From Bacillota bacterium (lineage in GTDB: Bacteria > Bacillota_I > Bacilli_A > ML615J-28 > CAG-313): a DNA stretch of 61,260 nucleotides. The notes beneath the pieces are model-generated. The model made no database searches. It saw nothing but the letters and a program-made list of their open reading frames with translations, and was not told the origin of the DNA. Each line of letters opens with the position of its first letter. Position 1 is the stretch's first letter. The DNA lies in contig CAVJDT010000004.1 in NCBI GenBank assembly GCA_963648435.1, positions 1 through 61,260 of the forward strand, in the 5' to 3' direction. Below, piece by piece: positions 48,068 to 58,290 of the stretch. The position numbers were made by a program, and so were the translations under genes.

Positions 48068-49908
48068 TACATATCCTCCTTTATTATTTTCTTTTGTGAT
48101 TTACTTATTTCGATAAATTCTTGCATGTTTTTCTTTCGTTCTTCTTCATTTTTCGATAGTATTGTTGCATTATAGGAAGCAATATTATCTTGTTTCTTAA
48201 AATATTTGTTGATGGTCATAATACTATCATTTAGCATTTGCTCACTACTTGCTAAAATGAATTTATTATCAATTATTCTTTTAGCTAAGTTTAGAGAACT
48301 AGGTTTATCATTTAATAATTCGTAAAGTAAGTCTGTTCCCATTCCCTCTTTTTGGGGATTTTGTGCATAATAGTTACTTAAAACATACAGCAAATCAAAT
48401 TCCCCCGCAAGTTCACTACCAGGAAAACGTAACCCATCCGCAATTGTTACAGCATCAAAGAAAACACTAAGGGCTTCTTTTGAATAGATAGCTTGTTTAA
48501 TGATTGTTTGATATGCCATAATAACACTTGTTGTTACTTTTACATTTTTCTTTTTTTGAACATTTATATTTTCTACTTTTTTTATCGGTTCATCCCTATA
48601 AGTTTGATTATAGTTGTAAGTATCTTGATATGGTTGGAAGGCCCTTAAATCTGATTTAAGCATTTCGGCATCAATCTTTAAGTCGCTAGCGAGGCGATTG
48701 ATAAAATATGAGGTGATAACATCACTATTTGCAAGTTTGATAAAATCAAACACTTGTTTTTTAAAGGTTTCAACACTCATAAAATCTTCTAAGTAAACCT
48801 TTTGGTAAGCAAGTTCATATAAGATAAGGTAAACATTTTTCATATTGTTTAATACATACTCATTAAATTTATCAGTACCGTATTTAGCAATATATTCATC
48901 AGGGTCTAAATCATCTGGTAATAATACCGCATTTGGAATAATTTTAACTTTCGCTAGCATTTGAGCAGAGCGCTTCATGGCTTTAATTCCAGCTTCATCA
49001 CCATCAAAAAATAATACAATATTTTTGGTTACTTGCGTTATCATTTTAACATGTTCAGTTGTCATCGCCGTTCCCATAGTGGCAATAGCATTATTTAAAC
49101 CAGCTTTTTCACAAGCAATAACATCCATAAAGCCTTCAAAAAGAAATATTTGATTCTTTTTTCTAGCTTCAAGTGAAGCTTGATCAAAATTATATAGAAT
49201 TTCACCCTTATGAAATAAAACATTTTCGGTTGAATTAATATACTTTGCTTGATCGCTTTTTTCATAAATTCGACCACTAAAACCCACAATTTGGCCAGAA
49301 GCATTAGTTATAGAAAACATAATTCGATTTCTAAAAATATCATGAACCTTACCATTTACATCTTTTACAAGACCTAATTCAATTTGATCAAGGGTTGTAA
49401 TTTGTTTACGGTCTAAAGCTTGATGTAAATAATCTATATTTTTAGGGGCAAGTCCTATTTTATGTTTTTTTATTATTTCATCATCAAGGCCACGTGCTTT
49501 TAAATAGGCAAGTGCATTTTTACCTTCATCGCTATTATATAAATAAAAGCGATAAAAATTATAGGCTTCATCCATCACATGTAGTAAGCGATTGGTTTTT
49601 TCATTTTGTGAATTTATATTATCTTCAATTTTGATTCCTGCTCTTTTTGCAAGTTTTATGGTTGCTTGTTCCATCGAAATATTTTCATATTTTGATACAA
49701 AATAAATTACATTACCTTTTGTATTACAACTAAAACAATTAAAGATTTTTTTCTCACCGCTTACAGCCATGGAGGGATTTTTGTCATCATGAAAGGGACA
49801 TAAGCCAAAATAACTAGTTCCTTTTTTCTTAAGGCTTACATATTCGCCAACTACTTCAACTATATCAGTAGCTTCAATTACTTTTTTAGTAGTTGCACTA
49901 GATATCAT
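48067..49908 (-). CDS. dnaG: DNA primase
   Basis: Zinc ribbon [11 protein letters not shown]...CFSC, Toprim EGFMDV...DGDEAG. Confidence 0.93.
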   Translation of the reverse strand: MISSATTKKVIEATDIVEVVGEYVSLKKKGTSYFGLCPFHDDKNPSMAVSGEKKIFNCFSCNTKGNVIYFVSKYENISMEQATIKLAKRAGIKIEDNINSQNEKTNRLLHVMDEAYNFYRFYLYNSDEGKNALAYLKARGLDDEIIKKHKIGLAPKNIDYLHQALDRKQITTLDQIELGLVKDVNGKVHDIFRNRIMFSITNASGQIVGFSGRIYEKSDQAKYINSTENVLFHKGEILYNFDQASLEARKKNQIFLFEGFMDVIACEKAGLNNAIATMGTAMTTEHVKMITQVTKNIVLFFDGDEAGIKAMKRSAQMLAKVKIIPNAVLLPDDLDPDEYIAKYGTDKFNEYVLNNMKNVYLILYELAYQKVYLEDFMSVETFKKQVFDFIKLANSDVITSYFINRLASDLKIDAEMLKSDLRAFQPYQDTYNYNQTYRDEPIKKVENINVQKKKNVKVTTSVIMAYQTIIKQAIYSKEALSVFFDAVTIADGLRFPGSELAGEFDLLYVLSNYYAQNPQKEGMGTDLLYELLNDKPSSLNLAKRIIDNKFILASSEQMLNDSIMTINKYFKKQDNIASYNATILSKNEEERKKNMQEFIEISKSQKKIIKEDM

Positions 49909-49928
49909 CCCGTTCCTCCTTGTAAAAC

Positions 49929-51296
49929 TTATTTAAGATGGGTATTAAAATAATTTACTAAATCCGTAATTGCAATACGTTCTTGTTCCATTGTATCACG
50001 ATTACGAACTGTTACCATATTATCTTCTAAAGTATCAAAATCAACTGTTACGCAATATGGAGTACCAATTGCATCTTGACGACGATATCTTTTACCAATT
50101 TTACCACTTGTATCATATTCACAAACAAATTCTTGTGAAAGCATTTGATAAAGTTCTGTAGCTTTATCATTTAGTTTATTAACAAGCGGTAATACCGCAA
50201 CCTTTACTGGCGCAAGTCTACTATCAAGATGTAAAACATCACGAGTATCACCATCTTCTAATTGTTGTTCTTCATAAGCACTTGTTAAAACCGCTAAAAG
50301 TAATCTTTCAACTCCTAAACTTGGTTCAATAACATATGGTAAATACTTTTGGTTAGTTTCAGGGTCTAAATATTCAAGATTTTCCCCTGAATGTTCTTGA
50401 TGAACACGTAAGTCATAATCGGTTCGATCGGCGATTCCCCATAGTTCACCCCAACCAAAGAAATATTTAAATTCAATATCTGTAGTTGCTTTTGAATAAA
50501 AGCATAATTCTTCTTTGTCATGATCTCTTGTTCTAATTAGTTCTTGACGAAGGCCTATATTAGTTAAGAAATTTAAGCAAAAAGTACGCCAATAATCAAA
50601 CCACTCTAAATCAGTTCCCGGTTTACAGAAAAATTCAAGTTCCATTTGTTCAAATTCACGAATACGGAAAATAAAGTTTCCTGGAGTAATTTCATTTCTA
50701 AAACTTTTACCGATTTGGCCAATTCCAAATGGTACCTTTTTACGTGATGTTCTTTGGACATTTTTAAAGTTAACGAAAATACCTTGAGCTGTTTCTGGTC
50801 TTAAGTATACTAAACTCTTACTATCATCAACAACCCCAATATGGGTTTGAAACATTAAATTAAATTTACGAATTGTTGTAAAATTAGTACTTCCACAATT
50901 AGGACAAGGAATCTTATGCTCAACTAAATAATTGTATAATTTATCATTATCCCAGCCATCTCCTGTAACTAAACCATTTGTCGCTTCTTCAATCAACTTA
51001 TCAGCACGGTGTCTTGTTCCACAGTTTTTACAATCAACTAAAGGATCACTAAAGCCACCAACATGACCACTTGCAACCCAAGTTTCAGGATTCATAAGGA
51101 TTGCGGCATCAAGGCCAACATTATTTGGTGAAGACTGAACAAAAGCTTTCCACCAAGCTTTTTTAATATTATTTTTTAATTCAACTCCAAGGGGACCAAA
51201 ATCCCATGAGTTTGATAAGCCTCCATAAATTTCACTACCTTGATAGACAAAACCATATTGTTTTAAGTAATTCACGAATTTTTCCATTGACATCAT
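49929..51296 (-). CDS. glyQS: Glycyl-tRNA synthetase (alpha2 type)
   Basis: [19 protein letters not shown] class II motifs. ATG 51296 behind GGTGA; the ORF-track ATG 51341 lies about 8 nt from the predicted transcription start. Confidence 0.93.
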   Translation of the reverse strand: MMSMEKFVNYLKQYGFVYQGSEIYGGLSNSWDFGPLGVELKNNIKKAWWKAFVQSSPNNVGLDAAILMNPETWVASGHVGGFSDPLVDCKNCGTRHRADKLIEEATNGLVTGDGWDNDKLYNYLVEHKIPCPNCGSTNFTTIRKFNLMFQTHIGVVDDSKSLVYLRPETAQGIFVNFKNVQRTSRKKVPFGIGQIGKSFRNEITPGNFIFRIREFEQMELEFFCKPGTDLEWFDYWRTFCLNFLTNIGLRQELIRTRDHDKEELCFYSKATTDIEFKYFFGWGELWGIADRTDYDLRVHQEHSGENLEYLDPETNQKYLPYVIEPSLGVERLLLAVLTSAYEEQQLEDGDTRDVLHLDSRLAPVKVAVLPLVNKLNDKATELYQMLSQEFVCEYDTSGKIGKRYRRQDAIGTPYCVTVDFDTLEDNMVTVRNRDTMEQERIAITDLVNYFNTHLK

Positions 51297-51355
51297 TTTA
51301 TCACCATCTTTCACTGACGTCTTTTTGTTACAATACTCCATTGTACTAACATCTT

Positions 51356-51384
51356 ATTATAGCACAAATTGTTTCAAATGTCAA
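51356..51384 (-). promoter_or_regulatory. Sigma-A promoter of glyQS-dnaG-sigA
   Basis: - strand TTGACA - 17 nt - TGcTATAAT. Leader of about 55 nt. Confidence 0.75.
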
Positions 51385-51423
51385 AATAAAAGCGAAAAAA
51401 CTTTTGATTTTATATCAATTAAT

Positions 51424-51452
51424 TTGAATTTTTTTTAAAATAATGGTATATT
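51424..51452 (+). promoter_or_regulatory. Sigma-A promoter of alkaline phosphatase gene
   Basis: TTGAAT - 17 nt - TGgTATATT. Confidence 0.6.
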
Positions 51453-51486
51453 ATTTTAAAAATTTAAATTTTGCGAGGTAAATTAA

Positions 51487-52614
51487 GTGAAAAATAAAAG
51501 AACTTTTATTAATTATTTACTAATTTTTTCAATTGTAATTTTATATCTTTTGATCATTTTTTGTAGTTTTATCTTATACCGGAAAAACATTAGTTCTGTC
51601 CAAGACTATCAAGATTATAAAGGCAAATCTAGTCGAATCATTCTTTTTATTGGTGATGGTATGGGGGAAAATCACATTAAAGTTACTGAGAAATATTATG
51701 ATAAAGAAATGTCATTTTCGACCCTTGAAAATGGATATGTTTCAACATTCTCACAAGCAATTTTTTCACCTACTGATAGTGCCGCCGCCGCAACAGCCCT
51801 TGCAACTGGTAAAAAAGTAACAAATGGCGAAATTGCCATGCACAAGAAAAAAAGGCTTGAAACAATTAGTGAATATGCAAAAACTCAAGGTTTAGGCGTA
51901 GGAATCGTCACAACTGATGTTCTATTTGGTGCAACCCCTGCTTCTTTTAGTGCTCATGCAAGTAACCGAAATAAAACTAATGATATTATTGAATCGCAAC
52001 TAACAAGTGGCATTGACCTCTTTTTTGGATCTGGTCTTAGCACTTATCAAAGTTACCATGAAGCATTTCAAAAAGCTGGATATCAAATTTGTACTACTAT
52101 TCAAGACTTAAATAATTCAAATAATACAAATAATTTAATTCTTGGAACCTTTGATCATATCAGTAATAAAGCTGATAATGATACCATTAATCCCACTCTC
52201 CAAGTGTTAACAAGTTATGCAATTGAATATTTAGAGCGAAATTTCCCAAACGGTTATTTCCTAATGGTTGAAAGTGCCCACATTGATAAAAAAAGTCACA
52301 ACAACAATATTCTTAAGATGATGGAATACCTTGATAACTTTAGTGACGCGGTAGAAATAGGTTTAAATCACTTTAATAATCAAGATAATTATACCTTAAT
52401 AGTAACCGCCGACCATGAAACTGGGGGTCTAAAATACACCGAAAATGTGAGTGAAATTAATGATTCACTATATCGTACCACTAGTCATACTTCTACTTAT
52501 GTTAAGTATTTCATAAAATCAAGTGCTAACATAGAATTAGATAAAAAAATCGATAATACCGATATTTATAAATTAAATAAAGCCCTAATTACAAAAACCT
52601 CTAGTCAAAACTAG
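51487..52614 (+). CDS. Alkaline phosphatase, membrane-anchored
   Basis: N-terminal TM, DGMG metal site, active-site TDSAAAATA, ADHETGG. GTG start behind GAGG. Confidence 0.8.
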   Translation: MKNKRTFINYLLIFSIVILYLLIIFCSFILYRKNISSVQDYQDYKGKSSRIILFIGDGMGENHIKVTEKYYDKEMSFSTLENGYVSTFSQAIFSPTDSAAAATALATGKKVTNGEIAMHKKKRLETISEYAKTQGLGVGIVTTDVLFGATPASFSAHASNRNKTNDIIESQLTSGIDLFFGSGLSTYQSYHEAFQKAGYQICTTIQDLNNSNNTNNLILGTFDHISNKADNDTINPTLQVLTSYAIEYLERNFPNGYFLMVESAHIDKKSHNNNILKMMEYLDNFSDAVEIGLNHFNNQDNYTLIVTADHETGGLKYTENVSEINDSLYRTTSHTSTYVKYFIKSSANIELDKKIDNTDIYKLNKALITKTSSQN

Positions 52615-52622
52615 AGATTTTT
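52599..52622 (+). terminator. Terminator of alkaline phosphatase gene (overlaps stop codon)
   Basis: CTCTAGT-caaa-ACTAGAG then ATTTTT. Confidence 0.65.
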
Positions 52623-52748
52623 AGTATTTTGATTATATTATTTACTAGGCTTTTTCTGGATTTTTCATTTAAAATTATCTATGCTTTATAGGATAAATAG
52701 TATTTTGAATTTATAAGCAACAAAAGAAAATATGATTAGTTATTTTTC

Positions 52749-53897
52749 CTAATCATATTTTTTAAATTCTCCTATATTTCTCAAATATTTAACTAAAAAA
52801 ACAAATGAATAAGTATCATCATATTCTACTTTTTTTATCAGTTCAATACTTTCAACATATTCTTTCGTTGAAATTTTAGAAAGATTAAAATCTAAATATA
52901 TTTTACTTTTAGCATAAGATAAAGCATTTTTTTCATCATATGTAATTAATAATTTTACTTCCTCATACGTTTCAACTTTATTAAGTTTAATTAATTTAAA
53001 CAAATTTAAAAGTTCAGTTTTTCTTTTATAGCCATCACTTAAATCATCATTTTTAGTCTTAATAATTCGGTTAAATAAGTTTAATTCATAATATTTTTGG
53101 ATGTTGCTTGAATAGTCATAAATATAATTTTCTTTTTTAACTGTATATTCCTTGTACTCCGCAACTTTTCCAAGTATTAATCCTTCTGCTCTTACTAGTT
53201 TAGTTAAATCACTAGGATTAATTTTATAATTAACATTTCCGCTAATGAGCAAACTACCTTTTTTAACACTTTGACTAGTCATTACAACAACAGCACCTTT
53301 TTTGGCTTCAATTCCTTCAATATAAGCATCATACTTTGCGACAACATCACCTGGTACATTATCAATTTCTTTAGTTATGTTAGGTACTTCCTGAGTCGCA
53401 ATTTCAATAATTAATTTTGCTCCTGTTTTTTTAATTCCAATATATGCATACTGTTGGTATGTAGTTCTAAGTATTCTTCCTAAATCATTTAAATTTATGT
53501 CTAATTGGTAAAATGGTCCTTTTTTAACCAAATGATTATTAATGGTTTGATAAACTTCATAATCGTAATAATCAAGATTATCAAAAGTAATTTCTCTTAC
53601 ATATTTATTAGAAATTAGCAACATAACAAATATTAAAAATATGCTTATCGTTGTAGGTAAATGAATAACAAATAAACTTTTAATTAATTTTTGCTTTCGA
53701 TCAATTATTTTAATATTTTCTATTTGGTCCTTTAATAAAATTATTCCTTTTTTATTAGTTGTAAAGGTAACCAATTCTTCTTTTCTTGATACATTATGCA
53801 TTTTAAATTTTTGAGTATCAAGAAAATTATCATAAGGCATTTCCACATAGTATCTAAGGTTTATTACTTTATTCCATTTTAATTTCATGAAGTTCAC
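52749..53897 (-). CDS. yqfD: Sporulation protein YqfD
   Basis: About 380 aa with a single central TM (ISIFLIFVMLLI). Follows yqfC with overlap, as in Bacillus/Clostridia. Confidence 0.75.
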   Translation of the reverse strand: MNFMKLKWNKVINLRYYVEMPYDNFLDTQKFKMHNVSRKEELVTFTTNKKGIILLKDQIENIKIIDRKQKLIKSLFVIHLPTTISIFLIFVMLLISNKYVREITFDNLDYYDYEVYQTINNHLVKKGPFYQLDINLNDLGRILRTTYQQYAYIGIKKTGAKLIIEIATQEVPNITKEIDNVPGDVVAKYDAYIEGIEAKKGAVVVMTSQSVKKGSLLISGNVNYKINPSDLTKLVRAEGLILGKVAEYKEYTVKKENYIYDYSSNIQKYYELNLFNRIIKTKNDDLSDGYKRKTELLNLFKLIKLNKVETYEEVKLLITYDEKNALSYAKSKIYLDFNLSKISTKEYVESIELIKKVEYDDTYSFVFLVKYLRNIGEFKKYD

Positions 53898-54090
53898 CTA
53901 ATATTTCAATATTTACTTCATCAACTTTTAAAATTTGCAAGTTTTTACCCTTTATATGGTAATTATCGATAACGATTAAATCATCTAAATAGGTTGTAAT
54001 TTTATGATAATTGTTGATAATTAGTTTATGGCAATCATCCACATATAGTTTTGTTTTGTAAATGTTAATCTTTTTCAATTTATTCACCAA
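53869..54090 (-). CDS. yqfC: Sporulation protein YqfC (YabP family)
   Basis: 73-aa YabP-like beta protein immediately upstream of yqfD. Confidence 0.65.
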   Translation of the reverse strand: MVNKLKKINIYKTKLYVDDCHKLIINNYHKITTYLDDLIVIDNYHIKGKNLQILKVDEVNIEILGELHEIKME

Positions 54091-54120
54091 TATATTATAT
54101 GAACAATTATCTTAAAATAG

Positions 54121-54143
54121 AAGAAAAAGGCGTATAAACGCCT
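54121..54143 (-). terminator. Terminator of AAA ATPase gene
   Basis: - strand AGGCGT-ttat-ACGCCT followed by T5. Confidence 0.7.
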
Positions 54144-55383
54144 AAATGTACTCAATTGGGCAAAGCCAACAATTACCTTTAATTGGTTGTAAAGTTTTTG
54201 TTAAACATAAAATAATGCCATTACCAATATTATTTGAATATTTGTTAATTACGCTAAAATTCTTATCTGGACTACTTGGGCTAATTCCTTTTTTTATTTC
54301 AATTGGATATAATGTGTTACCATCAGTATATATTAAATCAATTTCTTTTTGATCTTTATCATGGTAATAATACAAATGCATTTTAGGGTCTATACCATTA
54401 TTAGAAAAATTCTTAATAATTTCACTTACTACATAGGTTTCAAAGATGGCACCAGAAAGAGCTCCAAATTCAAGGGTTTCCGCTGATTGATATTTAGCTA
54501 AATAACTGCATAGACCAGTATCCATAAAATATAGTTTTGGCGATTTGGTAATGCGATTAGACACATTTGAATAATATGGTTGAAGCAGATAAATTATTCC
54601 TGAAGTCTCTAATATACTAATCCAATTCTTAATTGTTTTTAAATCTACTCCAATTTCTTTTGAAATAACCGAATAATTCAATTCTTGTGCTGTTCTAACC
54701 ACAATATATTGCATAAAATTATAAAAGTCAATTGTTTTTTGAGCATTTATAAGTTGGCGAACATCTCTTTCTATATAAGTATTAAGATATGATGAAAAAT
54801 ATGCATTTCTTTTTGTGGCCCCAGTTATAATATCTGGCATACCTCCGTTAAAAATATAATTAAAAATCTGTTTTCTTTCAATTATCTTTGGACTTTTTTT
54901 CTTTTTTAAACTTTCAATTTGTGGTGAAAATATTTCACCATCATTTTTTTCAATTTCATCTAACGACATAGAATATAGATTCAACACACCAATTCGCCCT
55001 GCAAGAGACTCACTAACACCTTTCATTATTTCAAACTGTTGTGAGCCAGTTAACCAAAATAAAGGCCTAATAGGCAAGTTATTTTTAAGATTATTCATTT
55101 TTTCTTCATCAACAATAATTTTAATATAATTTAAAAGAATTGGTGCATATTGAATTTCATCAATTAAAAGCGGATATCCGTATTGTTCAAGAAAATATTT
55201 TGGATCAGATAATGCCAAGTTTCTCGCATCTAAATCATCTAATGTAACATACTTCATATTATCATTTTTTATCATTTGTAGTAGTGTTGATTTACCGACT
55301 TGTCTAGCACCTGAGACAACAATTACTGGAAATTGGCTAGATAATTCCTTAATTGTTTTTTCAATTGTTCTATTTAAATACAT
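54142..55383 (-). CDS. AAA ATPase with C-terminal DUF4143-type domain
   Basis: Walker A SGARQVGKSTLL, Walker B LLIDEIQ. Own TTGACA-17-TAAAAT promoter and hairpin terminator. Confidence 0.75.
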   Translation of the reverse strand: MYLNRTIEKTIKELSSQFPVIVVSGARQVGKSTLLQMIKNDNMKYVTLDDLDARNLALSDPKYFLEQYGYPLLIDEIQYAPILLNYIKIIVDEEKMNNLKNNLPIRPLFWLTGSQQFEIMKGVSESLAGRIGVLNLYSMSLDEIEKNDGEIFSPQIESLKKKKSPKIIERKQIFNYIFNGGMPDIITGATKRNAYFSSYLNTYIERDVRQLINAQKTIDFYNFMQYIVVRTAQELNYSVISKEIGVDLKTIKNWISILETSGIIYLLQPYYSNVSNRITKSPKLYFMDTGLCSYLAKYQSAETLEFGALSGAIFETYVVSEIIKNFSNNGIDPKMHLYYYHDKDQKEIDLIYTDGNTLYPIEIKKGISPSSPDKNFSVINKYSNNIGNGIILCLTKTLQPIKGNCWLCPIEYI

Positions 55384-55414
55384 TTAAATCCCGTCCTTTC
55401 TGGAATCATATTCC

Positions 55415-55443
55415 ATTTTAGTCGATTATGGAAGCTTTGTCAA
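55415..55443 (-). promoter_or_regulatory. Sigma-A promoter of AAA ATPase gene
   Basis: - strand TTGACA - 17 nt - TAAAAT. Confidence 0.65.
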
Positions 55444-55453
55444 GTTTTTTACA

Positions 55454-57244
55454 TTATCCGAGCATTACTTCAATTATCTTATCAGCGATAAGTTTCATAC
55501 CACTTCTATTAGGATGAACACGGTCAATTAAATCATTTGTAAGATCAACACTAGTTAAATCAACTAATAAGGCATTATAATCATTAGCACATGATTTAAT
55601 GGCATTTAAATAATCACTTTGTTCAGGATCTGAATAAAGAACTCCAGTTGGAAGTGAGCATAATACTATTTCCGCATTAGGACATAATGCTTTTAATTTT
55701 TTAAGCATTTTCATGTATTCAGTTGCAAATTTAGCACTAGTAACCCCAGACCCTATGTCATTAGTTCCCATAAAGATAATAATTACATCAGGTTTTTCCC
55801 CATTAATCACAAGTTCGGCTAGTCTTCCATCACTAGTTGATGCGGAGGAAGATCCATCAGATACAAGGCTACCAGAATAGGAGTTATTCATAAACATACT
55901 ACCACCAAGTCGGTTAATTACTTCCATCCACCATGTTTGATAATAATCATAAACATCTCCTGGTGCATAAGGGTAGTAATATCTAAACCATGATGGAACA
56001 ATATTATAATATGTGGAAATACTATCACCAATAATTGCTATTTTCTTCCCCGCATATTTATTAGTTCCACTAGTATAAGTTGCGGTTACAATGGTATCTT
56101 CAGTTATATTATATAATGAATGGTCCCAACCATTAAAGGCTTTACCTTCATGAACCGGAGGAGTTGGCGGAATAATGTGATCGCCTTTTAAAATTTTTTG
56201 TTTATAAATTATGGTATCATCAGTATCCACAAAAGTTACTTCACAAAATTCTCTTTTGTTAGCTTCTTCAAGCGTCGCCATTTCAATACCATTTGAGGAA
56301 GAATGAACAATTCCTTTAATTACAATTTCTGGATTTAGTTTATTAGTTCCTGTAATTATGGTATATCCTTCTTTCACCGCGATAATTGATGAATACTCGG
56401 TAACTAAAGCAATACTAGGATCCTCACTACTCCAAAAATAACTCAACACGCCCTCTGGAGCGGATGACGGAATTACTGGATTAGTGGTAATAGCGTTAGG
56501 ATATTCACTAGATTTTATTTTTTGTAATGAATCAAATTGATAAGTGTATTCCCCAAGTGATAAAACTTTTTCTGGTTCAATACTTGTAAAGCGAGCATAT
56601 AGCCTAACTTTATGGTCAGTATCACCATCAATTTCCGTATATCTAGTCATAGAAATATCTGATAAAAACCAGCCTTCAAAAATCATACCTTCCTTATTAT
56701 ATATAGGAAGAGTAGTTCCGGTTCCATAAACAAAGCTTTTTGGTTCTAATTCGATTTCTTCATAACCATCACAATAAGTAATGGAAAATGATGCATATTC
56801 ATAATTTAATGAATAAGTTTCATAATACATGTTATCACGTTTTTCAATATGTCTTTCCCAGTTATAATTTGCATATTTAACTGGAACCGTAGGTTCATCA
56901 ACAACGTCAAAATAATTAACAACACTTTCTTTTATTACCTTATCATCAATATAGTATTTAGTTACTTTTTTAGAAACGGTTTTAACAACCATTACAAATA
57001 AATCACTTTCCGTATTTTTAATATCATCAAGTGAAGTACTCCAACTATAATTGTAACCTTCTTCTTGATTAGTTATGTTAGGATATTTCACGGAATCACC
57101 TTTTTTAATGGAAATTGTTTCAATAACATTTGCATTTTCATCAGCGAAAGTTATAGTATATTTAGAACCTTCTTCTTTTTTACCACAACCTGAAAATGTA
57201 ATAACCATTATTAACATCATTAAGCAACAAATTATTTTTTTCAT
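55454..57244 (-). CDS. Multidomain lipoprotein: Listeria-Bacteroides (InlB B-type) repeats + Big_2-like domain + C-terminal SGNH/GDSL hydrolase
   Basis: Lipobox ITFSGC. YTITFADENANVIE and CEVTFVDTDDTIIY repeats. SEDPSIALV...AVKEGYTIITG. GDS block IAIIGDSIS, GTND, DRVHPN. Confidence 0.75.
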   Translation of the reverse strand: MKKIICCLMMLIMVITFSGCGKKEEGSKYTITFADENANVIETISIKKGDSVKYPNITNQEEGYNYSWSTSLDDIKNTESDLFVMVVKTVSKKVTKYYIDDKVIKESVVNYFDVVDEPTVPVKYANYNWERHIEKRDNMYYETYSLNYEYASFSITYCDGYEEIELEPKSFVYGTGTTLPIYNKEGMIFEGWFLSDISMTRYTEIDGDTDHKVRLYARFTSIEPEKVLSLGEYTYQFDSLQKIKSSEYPNAITTNPVIPSSAPEGVLSYFWSSEDPSIALVTEYSSIIAVKEGYTIITGTNKLNPEIVIKGIVHSSSNGIEMATLEEANKREFCEVTFVDTDDTIIYKQKILKGDHIIPPTPPVHEGKAFNGWDHSLYNITEDTIVTATYTSGTNKYAGKKIAIIGDSISTYYNIVPSWFRYYYPYAPGDVYDYYQTWWMEVINRLGGSMFMNNSYSGSLVSDGSSSASTSDGRLAELVINGEKPDVIIIFMGTNDIGSGVTSAKFATEYMKMLKKLKALCPNAEIVLCSLPTGVLYSDPEQSDYLNAIKSCANDYNALLVDLTSVDLTNDLIDRVHPNRSGMKLIADKIIEVMLG

Positions 57245-57261
57245 AAATTCTCCTTTTTTAT

Positions 57262-57302
57262 TAAAAACTCTAACCTATAGAATTATAAGTTAGAGTAGTT
57301 TT
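57262..57302 (-). terminator. rpsU terminator
   Basis: ACTCTAAC / GTTAGAGT 8-bp stem (57267-57274 / 57289-57296) with A/T-run flanks. Confidence 0.65.
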
Positions 57303-57320
57303 TGATATAAGCAAAAAAAA

Positions 57321-57500
57321 TTAGTGACGATTACCTACTTTGCGAGCTGCACGTCTTTTTTCTTTACGTACATCGCTAGGTTTCATATAATGTTGACGCT
57401 TACGTGCTTCAACAAGGGTACCTGATCTAGAAACGTCACGTTTAAATCTTTTTAAAGCTTCATCTAATGTGTCGTTTTCTCTAACGATAGTCTTTGGCAT
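57321..57500 (-). CDS. rpsU: 30S ribosomal protein S21
   Basis: Not in the ORF track (59 aa). Hand translation [70 protein letters not shown], consensus promoter and terminator. Confidence 0.93.
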   Translation of the reverse strand: MPKTIVRENDTLDEALKRFKRDVSRSGTLVEARKRQHYMKPSDVRKEKRRAARKVGNRH

Positions 57501-57538
57501 TGTCTTGGTCCCTCCTTTCGCACCTTAAATTCATAAAT

Positions 57539-57567
57539 ATTATATCATTTTATACCTAAAATTGCAA
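57539..57567 (-). promoter_or_regulatory. Sigma-A promoter of rpsU
   Basis: - strand TTGCAA - 17 nt - TGaTATAAT. Confidence 0.7.
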
Positions 57568-57580
57568 TTTTAATGCTTGA

Positions 57581-58195
57581 TTATGAAAAAATTATCTGCT
57601 TTTTTGTCAAAACATCAAGAAGACCGGTAATGGCTCTTCCGCGATGACTAACCTTGTTCTTATCTGATTCCACAAGTTCTGCCATCGTTTTGTTAAAAGA
57701 TGGTAAATAGAATAAACAATCATAACCAAATCCCTTATCACCTGTTTCTTTAGTGGCAATAATACCATTAACATAACCAGTAGATGATACCATATTAACT
57801 CCATCAAAGTAAACAACCACACAAGTAAAATGAGCTGAGCGTTCACTTACTTTTTCTAGTTCTTTAAGTAGTTTTTTTCTATTATCACTTGATGAAGCAT
57901 TATGATTGTTAGTACTTGCATAACGGGCTGATAAAACCCCAGGCATTCCGTTTAAAGCATCAACTTCAAGTCCTGAATCATCAGTAATGATTGGCATTTG
58001 ATATTTTTCATAATAATATTTTGCCTTAATTATTGCATTATCTAAAAAAGTATTTCCATCTTCGATAGGTTCATCATACTTTTTTTCCATATCTTTTAAA
58101 GATAATAATTCAATATCAAGTTTTTTTTCCTCAAACATTGCTTTTACTTCTTGAATTTTATGAGCATTGCTCGTACTAAATAGTATTTTCATCAT
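57581..58195 (-). CDS. rdgB: Non-canonical purine NTP pyrophosphatase (dITP/XTPase)
   Basis: ILFSTSNAHKIQEV, DDSGLEVDALNGMPGV, FGYD motifs. Start 58195 or 58192. Confidence 0.88.
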   Translation of the reverse strand: MMKILFSTSNAHKIQEVKAMFEEKKLDIELLSLKDMEKKYDEPIEDGNTFLDNAIIKAKYYYEKYQMPIITDDSGLEVDALNGMPGVLSARYASTNNHNASSSDNRKKLLKELEKVSERSAHFTCVVVYFDGVNMVSSTGYVNGIIATKETGDKGFGYDCLFYLPSFNKTMAELVESDKNKVSHRGRAITGLLDVLTKKQIIFS

Positions 58196-58240
58196 ATCAC
58201 CAATACTATTTTATCACAAATTGATAAATTTTAAAGAATA

Positions 58241-58271
58241 AAAACTTTAGAAAATTAAATTTCTAAAGTTT
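58241..58271 (-). terminator. Terminator after GerM-like gene
   Basis: AAAACTTTAGAAA / TTTCTAAAGTTT stem, T-run on the - strand. Confidence 0.65.
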
Positions 58272-58290
58272 AGAAAATAAATTAATCAAA

